Source of the DNA: a virus
Virus record (IMG/VR): IMGVR_UViG_3300037851_000452
Location: 32,001-96,000 of that record
Strand: one strand, 5' to 3'
DNA length: 64,000 bases
The position numbers and the translations under genes are program-made. The notes under the pieces were generated by a model. It was not told the DNA's origin, did no database searches, and saw nothing but the letters and a program-made list of their open reading frames with translations. How positions within the stretch are numbered: the first letter of the stretch is position 1; each line of letters opens with the position of its first letter. Positions 20,401 to 29,865 of the stretch are shown piece after piece.

Positions 20401-20637
20401 GTTGTCTTCAGAAGTTACTTCAGAGATAGGCCCACCCATAGAGAGCGTAGTGTCCCCTAAGTAAAATAAGGACACGTACGTTCTAGCCAGGAGGTTCAGG
20501 GCTGTGTCTGTAGGAACTATCTGAATGCTGGCTACCGCTGGTTGGTCTGGGCTTGAGTCTACCTGAGCTGATATGACAGGCACTTCTATGCCTTCAAGAA
20601 ATAGACGAAGCCCTAGTGGTGCGTTTTTAGTGGTCAT
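17458..20637 (-). CDS. Putative baseplate hub/tail protein
   Basis: 1059 aa; LRLFLEGIEVPV...LLFCGEV...LVLQCMD architecture and position two genes downstream of the tape-measure candidate. Confidence 0.55.
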   Translation of the reverse strand: MTTKNAPLGLRLFLEGIEVPVISAQVDSSPDQPAVASIQIVPTDTALNLLARTYVSLFYLGDTTLSMGGPISEVTSEDNSNRFDAADEKYRLLFCGEVIGINYGKDPGTRQLVLQCMDLSSYWDTAYQWFTDYSPDGNMFSDKRKNFVAAGEGTFDSVSGGHQWVIGEVITTKPRSADYRNTKGLLGGIIHVLEAISGIRYLDGANPGFNGVNDFFTIAELRYNLMGMLGAVEKDDTSAKLYASRAFISWLRNGMMSMGTMLSFRDIINHICQMIFHNIYPNTCPYYVESKGPGIKETWSPGFFDDQIGVAVKNSCKAVVEQLTASYNSFVNTNSRDELAVATMKLSESSSALVKIQENTSKSKSSDKNKVMRTLKEATLFVDDAYALASQEGFAQSVGQSQVVKETQESVVVSIQTNISSAVTLLKDGVIGFKSRASLNKKITSPSSPSRMYTQLLLPESFWVSPPRCNVIFPDQYFQLSYSRNLMREVSRLCLTAGPGWIVGSGRGSEHFNTSYYSPSIKDVKGNLFGASMAKGSKTLLPHELHSGIIPKFEWVTDGHRWAAKALKDGGSESGTGRVGYLQRLANFNFYLHRWAARSMNVSCVFNPHLVLGLPALVINTSMPAAAVVTSVEKVLGVRWRPSQFLGKIVSISHSITQGGASTSASLAYCRTQRGIDDEFLGMLLREPKSVKDGYISYKVDVQRLTNRSVSTVSDVRIVTVPGITKPVSTENELDLTLDYLSGALTTGGIVKGIPPFNGFKLVGSSEAEEKTKLSHSEIYSNGISETTWNALVVAGLVQNDVAMLPTSIEFKFQSPVKYGERVTYDTSIEDALMPGWYSDVWKNKNITAEVYKPLLGTSAITDAIMFPESDQAKALSEEVISGLESEKGKKLASTRVASKDSVGVVPGSVEEAVDSITFMYSIVKNKGQNMHEFIREYTERPVATLVQVLGSADLEFDDKGLPNKGAKEGFHSRAFGDYNADVRLPNREGLELQAGKDALKALFPGLTPSEVASLKRKAILNPGKDGFSISPEMDPRGKARKRVRAYVAELSISRGLSG

Positions 20638-22967
20638 AGTATGGGTGAAATCTCCGAATCGTCATCTTCGACGCCTATGATTCCTTGAGTGTCTTCTGGT
20701 TCTGGTGCAGGTGTCGAATACAACGCACGTAAGACCGCTGCAATACTTTCTGGAGTACGTTTGTAGACAGACTTAGACCCAACCCGGTATGTAGATTCTA
20801 TGGCGGACTTCATGTCCTCCCCATATACCCGTGGGTCTGGAGAGGTCTTCGCGTAAGTAGAGGTTCTTCCCGTCTCGGTTTTGTAGGCGGAAGTTAAGGC
20901 CTCCCCCTCTACAGCGGTGCGGATCTGACCCTCTTTAATCTGATACTCAGAAGTAGCGCCCACTCTATAGGTGTCTCCTAGAGCGGTCTTTATGTCGGTC
21001 CCGTAAGCCTTTAACTCCTCATCAAGATCTCCGTAAGCAGACTTAAGAAGACTCTCTAAATCTTTAGGGGGGTCCTCGTATACTTTCTTACCATATACCT
21101 CTTCATACGAAGCTTCTTCGTATGAAGCTCCTAAATACTGAGGCCTATTGTATATGAATCCGACGTCAACCTCGGTACCAGCTTCCAGAGCCTGCTGATA
21201 AGTCACGTCACTCTTGGCACCAATCCAGTCTGTGTCTGGAGACACTGACTGGCTGGTCACACCTAGCTTGTTTAACTTGTCAGCTCTTCCAAGCATCGAG
21301 TACTTAGAAGTCACCCCCGTGTCTTGCAAAGATTCTGCTGGAACTGGAAGATCTGAAGACTTAGGCACCAATACCAGCGGAGAGTCAGATACCTTAATCC
21401 CGTTTACAACAGACCCGGTACCGGGTTGAAAAGACCCACCCAACCATCCAACAGGAACCGGCTCTAGTGGAACGGGAGGATTCAACGCGCCGCTAAAAGC
21501 GTTCTCAAACGCTTTGATAGGAGAGGTGAACAAGTTATCCAATCGTAGGGACTGTATGCCCAAGGCCTGCTTAAGTGCCTTCTCTATAGAGCCAGTACGG
21601 ACTACGTCGGATATGGTGTCTGCTATAGCGGCAACCGTCATCACCATCCCAAACGCGGACTTAGCAAATACCACAGCTTCAGCCAGCGTCCCTAGAATAC
21701 CTCCGGCCTCCGCAATCTGGTTGTATAAAGCCAGTTGAGCATCGTACTCCTTAGCCCTAGCAGCTAGTTCCAAAGCGTGCTCTTCAGCTTTATTCCTACC
21801 CAAGTTGTTTCTCTTAAACCTCTTGTCTAAGCTCACTCGTTCTCTGGTGGGGTATTCGTCGTAGTTCTCGAAGATGTACCCCACTGGAGACCCCTTATCC
21901 ACGTTGGAGGTCCACGGAGTAGCGTACTTAGAATACGACGGCATTCTCAACTTTACCGAACCGGTAACCCCTTTGTACTGGCCCGTTGCAGAGTCAAACT
22001 TTTCCCCTAAAGCGTCTGAAGATAAAACCGCGGAGCTAATACTTCCAGCCCCAACAACCGCATTTCCAGCGTTCTGGTAGTATCCTGCCGCCCCAATAGG
22101 CACCCTAACTACTCTTCCCCCAATAACATTGTGTATTGCGTCAGTAACGCCATCCACCAGGCTTACCACGTCGTTAACCGCCTTAAGACCGGAACGTATG
22201 GCAGCAGCAATTCCGCCAGCGGGTTTAGCTGTCAAGTTCTTCAAACGTACTTTAGATGAGCTGGATACGAACTTGGACCGCTGGTCCTCTAGCTCCCTAT
22301 TAAGAACGTCTAGGTCGATGAATGAGTCTTTGCCTGGGAACCTCGTAGAGCCGATGCTTGACCAATCGTAGTATCCCGTAACGAACATCTGTAAGCTAAA
22401 AGGTATAGTGTACGGCTCGTCGGCGGAATCCACCGCAGAGGCCGCTAAAGGATACCCCTCGATGATAATCGTATCGTAACTGATATACGCTCTAGCGTTC
22501 TTCTGAACTAGCTGAGTTCCTCTAAACGATTCGTCGTAGTTCTTCCAGAATTGAGAACGCCAGTTAAAGTCTTCGGTGCTGACCAATAGACCAGAGAACG
22601 TCACTATTCTGGGTCGCTCTCCAAAAAAGTAAACGAAGGGGTCTCCAAACGTTTCAATAATCTGTTGCTTCTCTGCTCTCTGGTCATCTACTCTTTGAAG
22701 TATGTAGTCTGCGTATTCATAAACGAGGCCCCCCTTTCCGCTGTTAGTAGGAGACGTGTCCGAGCTGGATATTAGAGGTATAGCGCTCCCATCAGGATTG
22801 CGAACAGAAAGAGTAGAGTATGTGTCTTCCTTGATTTGAATACCTCTATATGGTCTTCGTATAGGCTTAGTGCCTCCCCAGGCATCGTCCGGTTCTAGGG
22901 TAATGTTAGGGTTGTTCCCTTTAGCTTTCTGTATAGAAAAAGAGTCCGTGCTTAAAAACATGAACAT
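20634..22967 (-). CDS. Putative baseplate/tail-tube-initiator-like protein
   Basis: 777 aa; position after the tape-measure candidate; EKQQIIETFG...FFGERPRIVTFSG. Confidence 0.45.
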   Translation of the reverse strand: MFMFLSTDSFSIQKAKGNNPNITLEPDDAWGGTKPIRRPYRGIQIKEDTYSTLSVRNPDGSAIPLISSSDTSPTNSGKGGLVYEYADYILQRVDDQRAEKQQIIETFGDPFVYFFGERPRIVTFSGLLVSTEDFNWRSQFWKNYDESFRGTQLVQKNARAYISYDTIIIEGYPLAASAVDSADEPYTIPFSLQMFVTGYYDWSSIGSTRFPGKDSFIDLDVLNRELEDQRSKFVSSSSKVRLKNLTAKPAGGIAAAIRSGLKAVNDVVSLVDGVTDAIHNVIGGRVVRVPIGAAGYYQNAGNAVVGAGSISSAVLSSDALGEKFDSATGQYKGVTGSVKLRMPSYSKYATPWTSNVDKGSPVGYIFENYDEYPTRERVSLDKRFKRNNLGRNKAEEHALELAARAKEYDAQLALYNQIAEAGGILGTLAEAVVFAKSAFGMVMTVAAIADTISDVVRTGSIEKALKQALGIQSLRLDNLFTSPIKAFENAFSGALNPPVPLEPVPVGWLGGSFQPGTGSVVNGIKVSDSPLVLVPKSSDLPVPAESLQDTGVTSKYSMLGRADKLNKLGVTSQSVSPDTDWIGAKSDVTYQQALEAGTEVDVGFIYNRPQYLGASYEEASYEEVYGKKVYEDPPKDLESLLKSAYGDLDEELKAYGTDIKTALGDTYRVGATSEYQIKEGQIRTAVEGEALTSAYKTETGRTSTYAKTSPDPRVYGEDMKSAIESTYRVGSKSVYKRTPESIAAVLRALYSTPAPEPEDTQGIIGVEDDDSEISPIL

Positions 22968-22970
22968 GGG

Positions 22971-23198
22971 CTACCTCGCCGTGAAGCGCTCTTTGAGTAG
23001 AAACGCCCTAAAGTTGTCATTCACATCAAAAGGCACTTCTAGCCGAGTAACTAACGAGTAGATCTCCCTCTCCACCAAGTTGGTAAAGATGTCATCTACA
23101 GTCAATCGGTCTACCATCTTCACAGAAGACCTACCACGCTCAGTAGTGGTAAGAGAGAACTGGTACTCTTGACGGGGTCTTGGCTCTAGTCCAGGCAT
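22971..23198 (-). CDS. Hypothetical protein
   Basis: 75 aa with GGAG RBS. Confidence 0.5.
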   Translation of the reverse strand: MPGLEPRPRQEYQFSLTTTERGRSSVKMVDRLTVDDIFTNLVEREIYSLVTRLEVPFDVNDNFRAFLLKERFTAR

Positions 23199-23209
23199 TC
23201 TAGAACTCC

Positions 23210-26200
23210 TTAAGCCTTTGCTGGGGCAGGGGCATTAGCGGTCATCTGAGTCCCTTGAGACGCTATCTCCTTAGCAAACTCTTTAACATCCTTATTCAAA
23301 GCCTTACCCACCGCTTCCACGAATCGTGTATTGGCTAGGGTGTACATACGAAGCTGCTCTTCCAAACGATTGGTAGTGCCCTGCGGCTCAGAGAGATTGC
23401 CTTTAGTAATTTTAGATACTAGGTCTTTAAACTTTCCTAAGTCTCCAGATTCCTTTACCTTCTTATAGTCGTCTCCTCCCATAGCCTCTAAATCGTAACC
23501 AAGACCCTTCATCTTCTTTTCAAACGAGGCTAGCTCCTTTCGAGACATGGAGCCAACGTCCATTCCGGCTCTCAAGGCTAGTACCTGCCTACCTATAGCT
23601 CCTCCAGACCGAAGAGCTTTCATTTCATCTTTGCTTAAGCCTCTAGCCAGATTCTCAGCCTCAGCGCCAGCCTGCGTGGTTTCTGACGTTTCCAGAACCT
23701 CGTCGGCTCCTCCGCGATAGAGTCTAACCAGGTTAGAAAAAGCCCTTCCAGATTCTTTTCCTAAACCCTCAACCTGATCGGGACCGGAAGCAGCAATCCC
23801 CTGAACCTTTTTGAGTTCTTCCATCTGTACTTGAGCCCCACGAGCCCCTATGTATCTCTCAGAAAGACCCTTAAACTTTTCTCGCCGCTCTGGGGTCATG
23901 TTGTGTTCTAGTTGGTTGATTATTTTGCTTACGTCTCCGCCACCTTTAATACGAGCCAGGTCGGTATTGGCCTCTGCTGCAGTAAGATCCCCCTTTAGGT
24001 ACTTAGCAAAAATATCTGATCCCGGCCCTCCAAATGCTTTCTCTAAGTCCCCCTCTGTAACTCCGCTGTCTCTGGTATCGGTCTGGGCTCCACGCGAGAA
24101 AGACCCCGCTACAGGTGATCCGCCGCCACCAATTCCAGAAAGAATGGAGGTCAACAAGCTTTTACCACCCAACTCAGACCGCATTTCCGATAAAAGATTC
24201 TCTTGGTTTTCTTTCAACCCTTGTATGTCTGTAGGTATACCAATGGCGGCGGCGTCGCTTTTGAAATCCATGGATGCATCCCCCGCGTAGAATCCCTCCT
24301 CAGTCTGGGCCACAGACAAATAATTGAGCTTCTCCCTGTCGCTCATCCCAGAAAAGACATCCCGGTCCTCAGAACTCATAAGTCTAAGGACTTCTTCCTT
24401 ATACTTTCCAGGGTCGGCCTTTCTTACTTTGCTAAGGCTATAGGAGTGTCTACCTATGGTTCGGCTAAGAACTGATTTAACCCTGGACAGCCTGTTCTCA
24501 TTTATACCCAACCCCTCTTTTCCGCCTTGAGCTCGGATATACGCTTGGCGAATACCCAGCTCTACGTCTGCTTGCGACGTTGTAAAACCCCCTCCCATCT
24601 GTAAAGGACCCCCTCCCTCCATAGATCCTATTCCTACGGTTCTCAAAGCTCTAGCCTTAGGGGTCATCTCTTCGCCTATACCCGTAATAGAACCAACGGC
24701 TCCAAAAAGCCCGCCAGTAATACCTCCCGCAGCTACTCCAGCAGCAGTTTTTCCAATCCAGTCACCGCTTGATAATCTACGGGTCATATTCTCCCACGCT
24801 GAGCCAGTGACAAAGTTCTGCCCCCCGTCAGCAGGCATGAACTTGGAAAAATCAGCAGTAAGGGCACCCTCCCTTAGTAGTCTAGACCTCTCCATGACGC
24901 CCATAGGTATTTTTCGCACACGCCCAGTTATCGTATTGGAAATTCTATCTACTAGGTCTCCGGTTTCTGTAGCTATCTTTTCACCGATCTCGTTAATAGG
25001 ACGAACAGTGTCCTCTATCGCCCTATCGAAGGCACCCTTCAAACCGGACAAGCTGTTGTAAGTTTTCGTATTGTGTTCATCAAAAGCTCTAGACATCGCC
25101 GCTTCCATTTGACGAGCCTTCTCATCCATGATTCTAGGAAGGTCATCAGCCATCTTCCCCAACATCTCGGCCTCTCGTGAAGACACACCGAGCATTTGCT
25201 TGAAAAGATGATGTCTAGCCCTCTCGCTTCCCCGAAAACGAGTGTCGGCTATCTTTTGGACTATGGCGACCATAGATTCTATGCCGCCCTCGGCGGCCAG
25301 ATTTTGACCTATCTGCCCCTCTTTCTCCATAAAAGACATTGCAGCTTCGTTACCTGACGCAGATTTCCTCCCCTGTCTCATCAATTCGTCAACCCCAACA
25401 CCCCCACTCAAGAATTGACCAAGCTTTTTCTTATCTATTCCCCCAGTAAAAACTCCCTCCCTGGTCTCCCCCAAACCAACCATCATAGCTCGGCCCGCAG
25501 AGGTGTTCATCAGGTTGGATGTTATTTGGCCCATTCTTTGAGCTAAAGCGGCCTGGCCCTCTTCCCCAGTCAAACCCCCCGTAAACTCTTCAACGTCCTC
25601 GGCAGAAAGAACACCAGCTCTTTGAGCAGCCTGAATGTTCAAGAAGGACTCTCGCCCTATAGTAGCTCCGGCTCTCCGTGTTCCACCCATGGCGTGGGAT
25701 AATTGAGCCCCGACTGCCATGGTCTGCATCATCTGAGGCGCAGCCTGAGGACCAACAGCTTTAGACGCTATAGCTGTTCCTAAAATGTCAGAGGTCTTCC
25801 AGAGGCCCATCTGCCTCATCTGCATATAGGCTGGAGCTGCCTCTTCAAGTGTAGTCCCCATAACTTTTGCCAGGTCTCTAACCTGACTAACTACCTGACC
25901 GAATCGTTGCTTGAAGGACTGTACGTCAGTGATACCAGTGAGAAGACCCATCTGGCCGGCACGGTCCATTAGGTTTTTTAGCTCCTTCATAGACCCCATG
26001 ATGTCGTCGCCAGCCATTTCCCCCAAGGCACCTACGATACCTTTTATGGTCTGGCGGCCCATCTCCCCACCAGCCCTAGCTCCCGGAGCTCCGAACTGCG
26101 GTCCGAAATACTGGTTCGCCATGCTTCCGACGTCAGAGATGTTCTGAACTCCCTGATACACGCTCCCAGCTACTTGCTGAACTGCAAGTCCAGCAGCCAT

Positions 26201-26668
26201 AATAGGAGCAGCGCCAATTGCGGCACCGGCTAAACCACCACCTAAGGCCCCTAAACCAGCTCTAACCCCCCCAGTTCTAAAGGCGTTGCCCAAGACACCT
26301 AAAGTGTCCCCAAACCCCATCCCAGCCGCTCCAGCTCCCCTAGCAAAGCCCCGAGCTCCCTGGGTGAACGGGTCGAATATGTCTAGTGGGCTTCTCCCCG
26401 TACTGGAGAACATTCCGTGAATGCCCCCAGCCACGGCAAGTCCCGTCATAGCCCCAGGAACAGCCATGACCATGCCGCCCGCTATGCGGTTGCCCAGTTC
26501 TCCTGGCCTCTCAGAAGGGTAGGGGTTCTGCATCCCCCCTCCAGCGGCAAGAGCTCCTCTAGGGGCCATACCCGCCATGCCGCCAATCTGGTACGAGAAG
26601 GCGGCTTGATTACCAAACATGGCCGACTGCCCGCCGATGAGACCCGATATTTCAGAACTGGTGTACAT
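23210..26668 (-). CDS. Tail tape measure protein (candidate)
   Basis: 1152 aa; G/A/M-rich helical composition with hydrophobic Gly zippers; heads the tail operon. Confidence 0.7.
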   Translation of the reverse strand: MYTSSEISGLIGGQSAMFGNQAAFSYQIGGMAGMAPRGALAAGGGMQNPYPSERPGELGNRIAGGMVMAVPGAMTGLAVAGGIHGMFSSTGRSPLDIFDPFTQGARGFARGAGAAGMGFGDTLGVLGNAFRTGGVRAGLGALGGGLAGAAIGAAPIMAAGLAVQQVAGSVYQGVQNISDVGSMANQYFGPQFGAPGARAGGEMGRQTIKGIVGALGEMAGDDIMGSMKELKNLMDRAGQMGLLTGITDVQSFKQRFGQVVSQVRDLAKVMGTTLEEAAPAYMQMRQMGLWKTSDILGTAIASKAVGPQAAPQMMQTMAVGAQLSHAMGGTRRAGATIGRESFLNIQAAQRAGVLSAEDVEEFTGGLTGEEGQAALAQRMGQITSNLMNTSAGRAMMVGLGETREGVFTGGIDKKKLGQFLSGGVGVDELMRQGRKSASGNEAAMSFMEKEGQIGQNLAAEGGIESMVAIVQKIADTRFRGSERARHHLFKQMLGVSSREAEMLGKMADDLPRIMDEKARQMEAAMSRAFDEHNTKTYNSLSGLKGAFDRAIEDTVRPINEIGEKIATETGDLVDRISNTITGRVRKIPMGVMERSRLLREGALTADFSKFMPADGGQNFVTGSAWENMTRRLSSGDWIGKTAAGVAAGGITGGLFGAVGSITGIGEEMTPKARALRTVGIGSMEGGGPLQMGGGFTTSQADVELGIRQAYIRAQGGKEGLGINENRLSRVKSVLSRTIGRHSYSLSKVRKADPGKYKEEVLRLMSSEDRDVFSGMSDREKLNYLSVAQTEEGFYAGDASMDFKSDAAAIGIPTDIQGLKENQENLLSEMRSELGGKSLLTSILSGIGGGGSPVAGSFSRGAQTDTRDSGVTEGDLEKAFGGPGSDIFAKYLKGDLTAAEANTDLARIKGGGDVSKIINQLEHNMTPERREKFKGLSERYIGARGAQVQMEELKKVQGIAASGPDQVEGLGKESGRAFSNLVRLYRGGADEVLETSETTQAGAEAENLARGLSKDEMKALRSGGAIGRQVLALRAGMDVGSMSRKELASFEKKMKGLGYDLEAMGGDDYKKVKESGDLGKFKDLVSKITKGNLSEPQGTTNRLEEQLRMYTLANTRFVEAVGKALNKDVKEFAKEIASQGTQMTANAPAPAKA

Positions 26669-26742
26669 GTGCTCTCTTTTCCTTGCTCTCTAGGAAAATA
26701 GCAGAGTGAAAAGATGACGTATAGCTTTGGGATAAGTTTAAT

Positions 26743-26838
26743 GTCGGAGGGCTCGACGTTGGAAAAGTCCGACCATCTGGTCGAGATAAGACCGTTGAGC
26801 CGAAGGAGCTTCCGCAGGGCGCCCGGTTCCGCTCCGAC
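26743..26838 (+). ncRNA. Putative small structured RNA behind an ATAAG motif
   Basis: GTCGGAG(26743)/CTCCGAC(26832) closing stem; GGCTCGACG/CGTTGAGCC inner stem; GATAAG at 26731. Confidence 0.4.
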
Positions 26839-26844
26839 GATATC

Positions 26845-27093
26845 TTAGGTGTTTTTATTAGAGCAGAATGCGTCCAAATGGCCTTTGGACTTTTGGTACA
26901 GGTAGCCCTCGATGGCGAGCCTCTCTTCCTTAGACAAAGGGCACTTCCGAAACTGAGGGTCCACGGAACTGACGTAGTCCGAAAACCTGGAGACTTCTTG
27001 CTTGCACAAGTCTCTCAGCCGATCGGTAGATTGAAGTACCTGTTGCTTTGTTTCTTCGGGCACGTTTAATAGCAAAGAAAAAGTAGGTTCCAT
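26845..27093 (-). CDS. Hypothetical protein
   Basis: 82 aa ORF. Confidence 0.5.
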   Translation of the reverse strand: MEPTFSLLLNVPEETKQQVLQSTDRLRDLCKQEVSRFSDYVSSVDPQFRKCPLSKEERLAIEGYLYQKSKGHLDAFCSNKNT

Positions 27094-27144
27094 CCGACTG
27101 TTTTAGCTTACGACCAAAATAGCAGTCAACTACAGGAGTTCAAC

Positions 27145-28563
27145 ATGAGAATGTTCCTTCAAGACAAGGGCCGGACGTCTAAGGCACAGGTGTGGGTCGT
27201 AGAAAGAAAAGGTAACCGGGTCATTACGGAGTGGGGACAGTTAGACGGAGCCCAACAAAAAACAGAGGAGAGCTTCGAGGCAGTTAACGTTGGGAAGTCG
27301 AATGAAAAGAGCCCTGAAGAGGTTGCTCAGGAGTCTATGGACCGGGACATTAAGAAGAAGACCAGAGAGGGGTATCGAGAAGTGAACCCCAAAACACGGG
27401 AGTTCCTGACAGAAAAATCAAGCAGCGAGATCGACTTCGGTGAGCTCCCCCAGAATCTTAGGTTCTTCAAGCCACAGAACTCTATAAACAGCTACATCCA
27501 TAAGAAGATAGAAGAACGGTCCGCGTGGCTACTTAGAAAAAGAGACGGGATGATGCACGTAGTCTCTATTGGAGAAGACGGCGTGCCAAGAATGTTCTCC
27601 TCCAACATGTTACCCGCCCATAAGAATGAACCCGAGGTGCCCTGGCTAACTAGGTACCCGCACCTAGAAGCAGATCTGAAAGGTTTGCACCTACCCGCCA
27701 GAACAATACTTCTAGGAGAGATTTGCACCTGCGCGCATTCGGGGCATAGGGACTCCGAAGGATACGCCAAAGACGACTTCATATACGTTGGGTCCGTAGT
27801 AAAGAGCCTAACTCCCCGAGCCCTAGAGCTTCAGAAAGAGAAAGGAAACCTGGCGTTCTGTATATGGGACGTAGCTTTTTGGGGAGGTTGCTGCTGGCTA
27901 ACGGAAGAGCCGGCGTTCAAGCGTATGAACCATGTTACAGACCTCCTGGAAGAAGGAAGAACTAGGTACATCACATTTCCAGAGGTCATCAATCTATGGG
28001 GTGATGGGTTCACAGTAAGATCTCAAGAAACAAAGGTTCCTGGAGACTATATCTACGGAGAAGCCCGAGACACGGATGAGAAAATAAAGACCATGTTGAA
28101 CTGGGCCAAGAAATTGGGATGGGAGGGATTCGTGGCTATTGACCCGGACATTAGATACGACGATAGGGCCTACAACTTCCACGGGAAAGCAGAGAGGCCA
28201 AAAGAGGTGGTGAAGTTGAAGCCCACTCTAGAGGCCGATTTCATTGTTAGGTGGGACCCTGACAACGGTATTGGAGAGCGAGGCAAGGGAAAGAAGAGCG
28301 GAGGAGTTGGCTCTGTAATGGCCTATCTATGGGACCCAGACGTCAAAGAAGAAGTTCCCGTGTGCAAGGTAGGAGGGGGTCTAACAGACGAGTTAGTTCG
28401 AGAGTTCGCCAACCCAGAACTCTACCCGATGGTCTGGCAAATAGAATTCAGTGAATGGACGGACAAGGGAGCTCTTCGGTTTCCTGAGTTCGTTCGAGTT
28501 AGAGACGACAAGTCTCCAGAAGACTGCACCATCTACCAGAAACCTAACGCGGAGGAAGAATGA
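27145..28563 (+). CDS. lig: ATP-dependent DNA ligase with N-terminal WGR-like domain
   Basis: Motif I KRDG, WEGFV, VKLKP, VGGG, LRFPEF; N-terminal TEWGQ. Confidence 0.9.
   Translation: MRMFLQDKGRTSKAQVWVVERKGNRVITEWGQLDGAQQKTEESFEAVNVGKSNEKSPEEVAQESMDRDIKKKTREGYREVNPKTREFLTEKSSSEIDFGELPQNLRFFKPQNSINSYIHKKIEERSAWLLRKRDGMMHVVSIGEDGVPRMFSSNMLPAHKNEPEVPWLTRYPHLEADLKGLHLPARTILLGEICTCAHSGHRDSEGYAKDDFIYVGSVVKSLTPRALELQKEKGNLAFCIWDVAFWGGCCWLTEEPAFKRMNHVTDLLEEGRTRYITFPEVINLWGDGFTVRSQETKVPGDYIYGEARDTDEKIKTMLNWAKKLGWEGFVAIDPDIRYDDRAYNFHGKAERPKEVVKLKPTLEADFIVRWDPDNGIGERGKGKKSGGVGSVMAYLWDPDVKEEVPVCKVGGGLTDELVREFANPELYPMVWQIEFSEWTDKGALRFPEFVRVRDDKSPEDCTIYQKPNAEEE
28137..28153. repeat. 17-bp site (copy 2, one mismatch)
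   Basis: TATTGACCCGGACATTA inside the ligase gene. Confidence 0.7.
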
Positions 28564-28811
28564 GCCCTATCATCGAAAGAAAGTTCATCAGAAAACAACC
28601 GAAGCCTGAAGAACCGGCTCAGACAGTAGAGCTGGACGACACTAAAGTCATCCCCCTCAAAGATCAGAAAGGTAATATACTGTTTAGGGGAACGCTAAAA
28701 GAGATTGTGGAGTGGTCTAACGCGACCTTCGCTCAAAGAGAGGCCGCTAGAGTTTCTGATTCTTGTAGATTCTTTGACACGTCGGGCACTTCTGTCCCTC
28801 CGCAGTCGTGA
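28560..28811 (+). CDS. Hypothetical protein
   Basis: ATGA-coupled to the ligase. Confidence 0.5.
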   Translation: MSPIIERKFIRKQPKPEEPAQTVELDDTKVIPLKDQKGNILFRGTLKEIVEWSNATFAQREAARVSDSCRFFDTSGTSVPPQS

Positions 28812-29440
28812 CTGTCAACGACTTGTCCGTCGGGCACCGAATCCTCTTCATGGCACCCGCAGCCGCACTCGTCCCCCTCCGTATCTGACGGTTCGTCGGA
28901 ACAGCAATCTTCGGCATAGTCTCCTCCAAACTCATTAGGTTCCTGGTCGGTCTTGGCAGAAGATGCCTCTCCGACTGGTAGTGGGGGCAGAGATTCAAGA
29001 TCTCCCCCCATTACCCACGTCCTCATATGCTCCCTAAAATCAGGTCGCTTCTTGAAGGTTTCCCATTCTGAGAACAGGGAATTGATAGCCTCGTACGAGA
29101 TAGGGTCTGCATCCGCCCCAGATACCCGAAGGTTGAGCTCATTAAGAGCCACAACAGACAGTCGAGTAAGAACTGCGAACTGGTCATCGAGCTGTTTGTG
29201 TGCCTCTTGCAGAGCTACCTGGTTCTCCCAGATAGTCTGAATGGCAGACGCCACTGCTCGAAACCTCTCGTCAGTTGGAGGCACTGCTTGGGCCGTTTTT
29301 TCCAAGGATTGACTTTCCTTTTGGGGACGAGATTGTCCTTTTGCCGGCAGGACGGTTAGTTTGATCTGGCGCTTTTCCTTCCTCTTTTGTTCCTTCTGAA
29401 CTTTCTTTTGCATTTGCCTCGTGCTGCTCGACTTTGTCAT
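28733..29440 (-). CDS. Hypothetical protein
   Basis: 235 aa, GAGGAG RBS. Confidence 0.6.
   Translation of the reverse strand: MTKSSSTRQMQKKVQKEQKRKEKRQIKLTVLPAKGQSRPQKESQSLEKTAQAVPPTDERFRAVASAIQTIWENQVALQEAHKQLDDQFAVLTRLSVVALNELNLRVSGADADPISYEAINSLFSEWETFKKRPDFREHMRTWVMGGDLESLPPLPVGEASSAKTDQEPNEFGGDYAEDCCSDEPSDTEGDECGCGCHEEDSVPDGQVVDSHDCGGTEVPDVSKNLQESETLAASL
28747..28917 (-). CDS. Small basic Zn-ribbon-like protein nested in the tail of 28733..29440
   Basis: GGAGGAGACT-ATG at 28917; CPTD...CPTC. Confidence 0.5.
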   Translation of the reverse strand: MPKIAVPTNRQIRRGTSAAAGAMKRIRCPTDKSLTVTTAEGQKCPTCQRIYKNQKL

Positions 29441-29702
29441 GTACTTTCTCCTCTACGTACAAGTTTTCTAGATGCTCAATTTGCTCATTCAGTGGATGTA
29501 GCTCTGTTGTAAGTACTCCAGTGATGAACTCCCTAACAATCTGTTGAGGAACCATTTTCCCGTCGGACGAGATACCCTTAGAGGCCTTACGAACCTCGTC
29601 GTCTACAAAGGCTCTTAGGTGATCTACTACTTCTAGCCATATAGACCGGGTATGTCGTAGTTTCTCTACCTTATCAAAGGCTTCCGCAAGAGTTAATGGC
29701 AT
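29271..29702 (-). CDS. Hypothetical protein
   Basis: Start MPLTLAEAF after GGAG. Confidence 0.55.
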   Translation of the reverse strand: MPLTLAEAFDKVEKLRHTRSIWLEVVDHLRAFVDDEVRKASKGISSDGKMVPQQIVREFITGVLTTELHPLNEQIEHLENLYVEEKVHDKVEQHEANAKESSEGTKEEGKAPDQTNRPAGKRTISSPKGKSILGKNGPSSASN

Positions 29703-29865
29703 ACGAAAAAATCTCCACGACTTCTGGTACAAGGCTACTGTGCGACCCTCGGCAGCAATCCTCGCGAGATTGGCTGTGGACCTGACCCGGGTTGGGTAGA
29801 GGACAATCGGCCGTGCCGGCTAGCAATGTCCCCGGTTGGAATGAGTGATGCAGGCACGTAAAACA

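Noticed and set aside
27337-27353. Further copies of the 17-bp site (27337; partial matches near 15371, 27216, 61306, 62045)
   Set aside because: Three or more mismatches or half-sites only; could be chance
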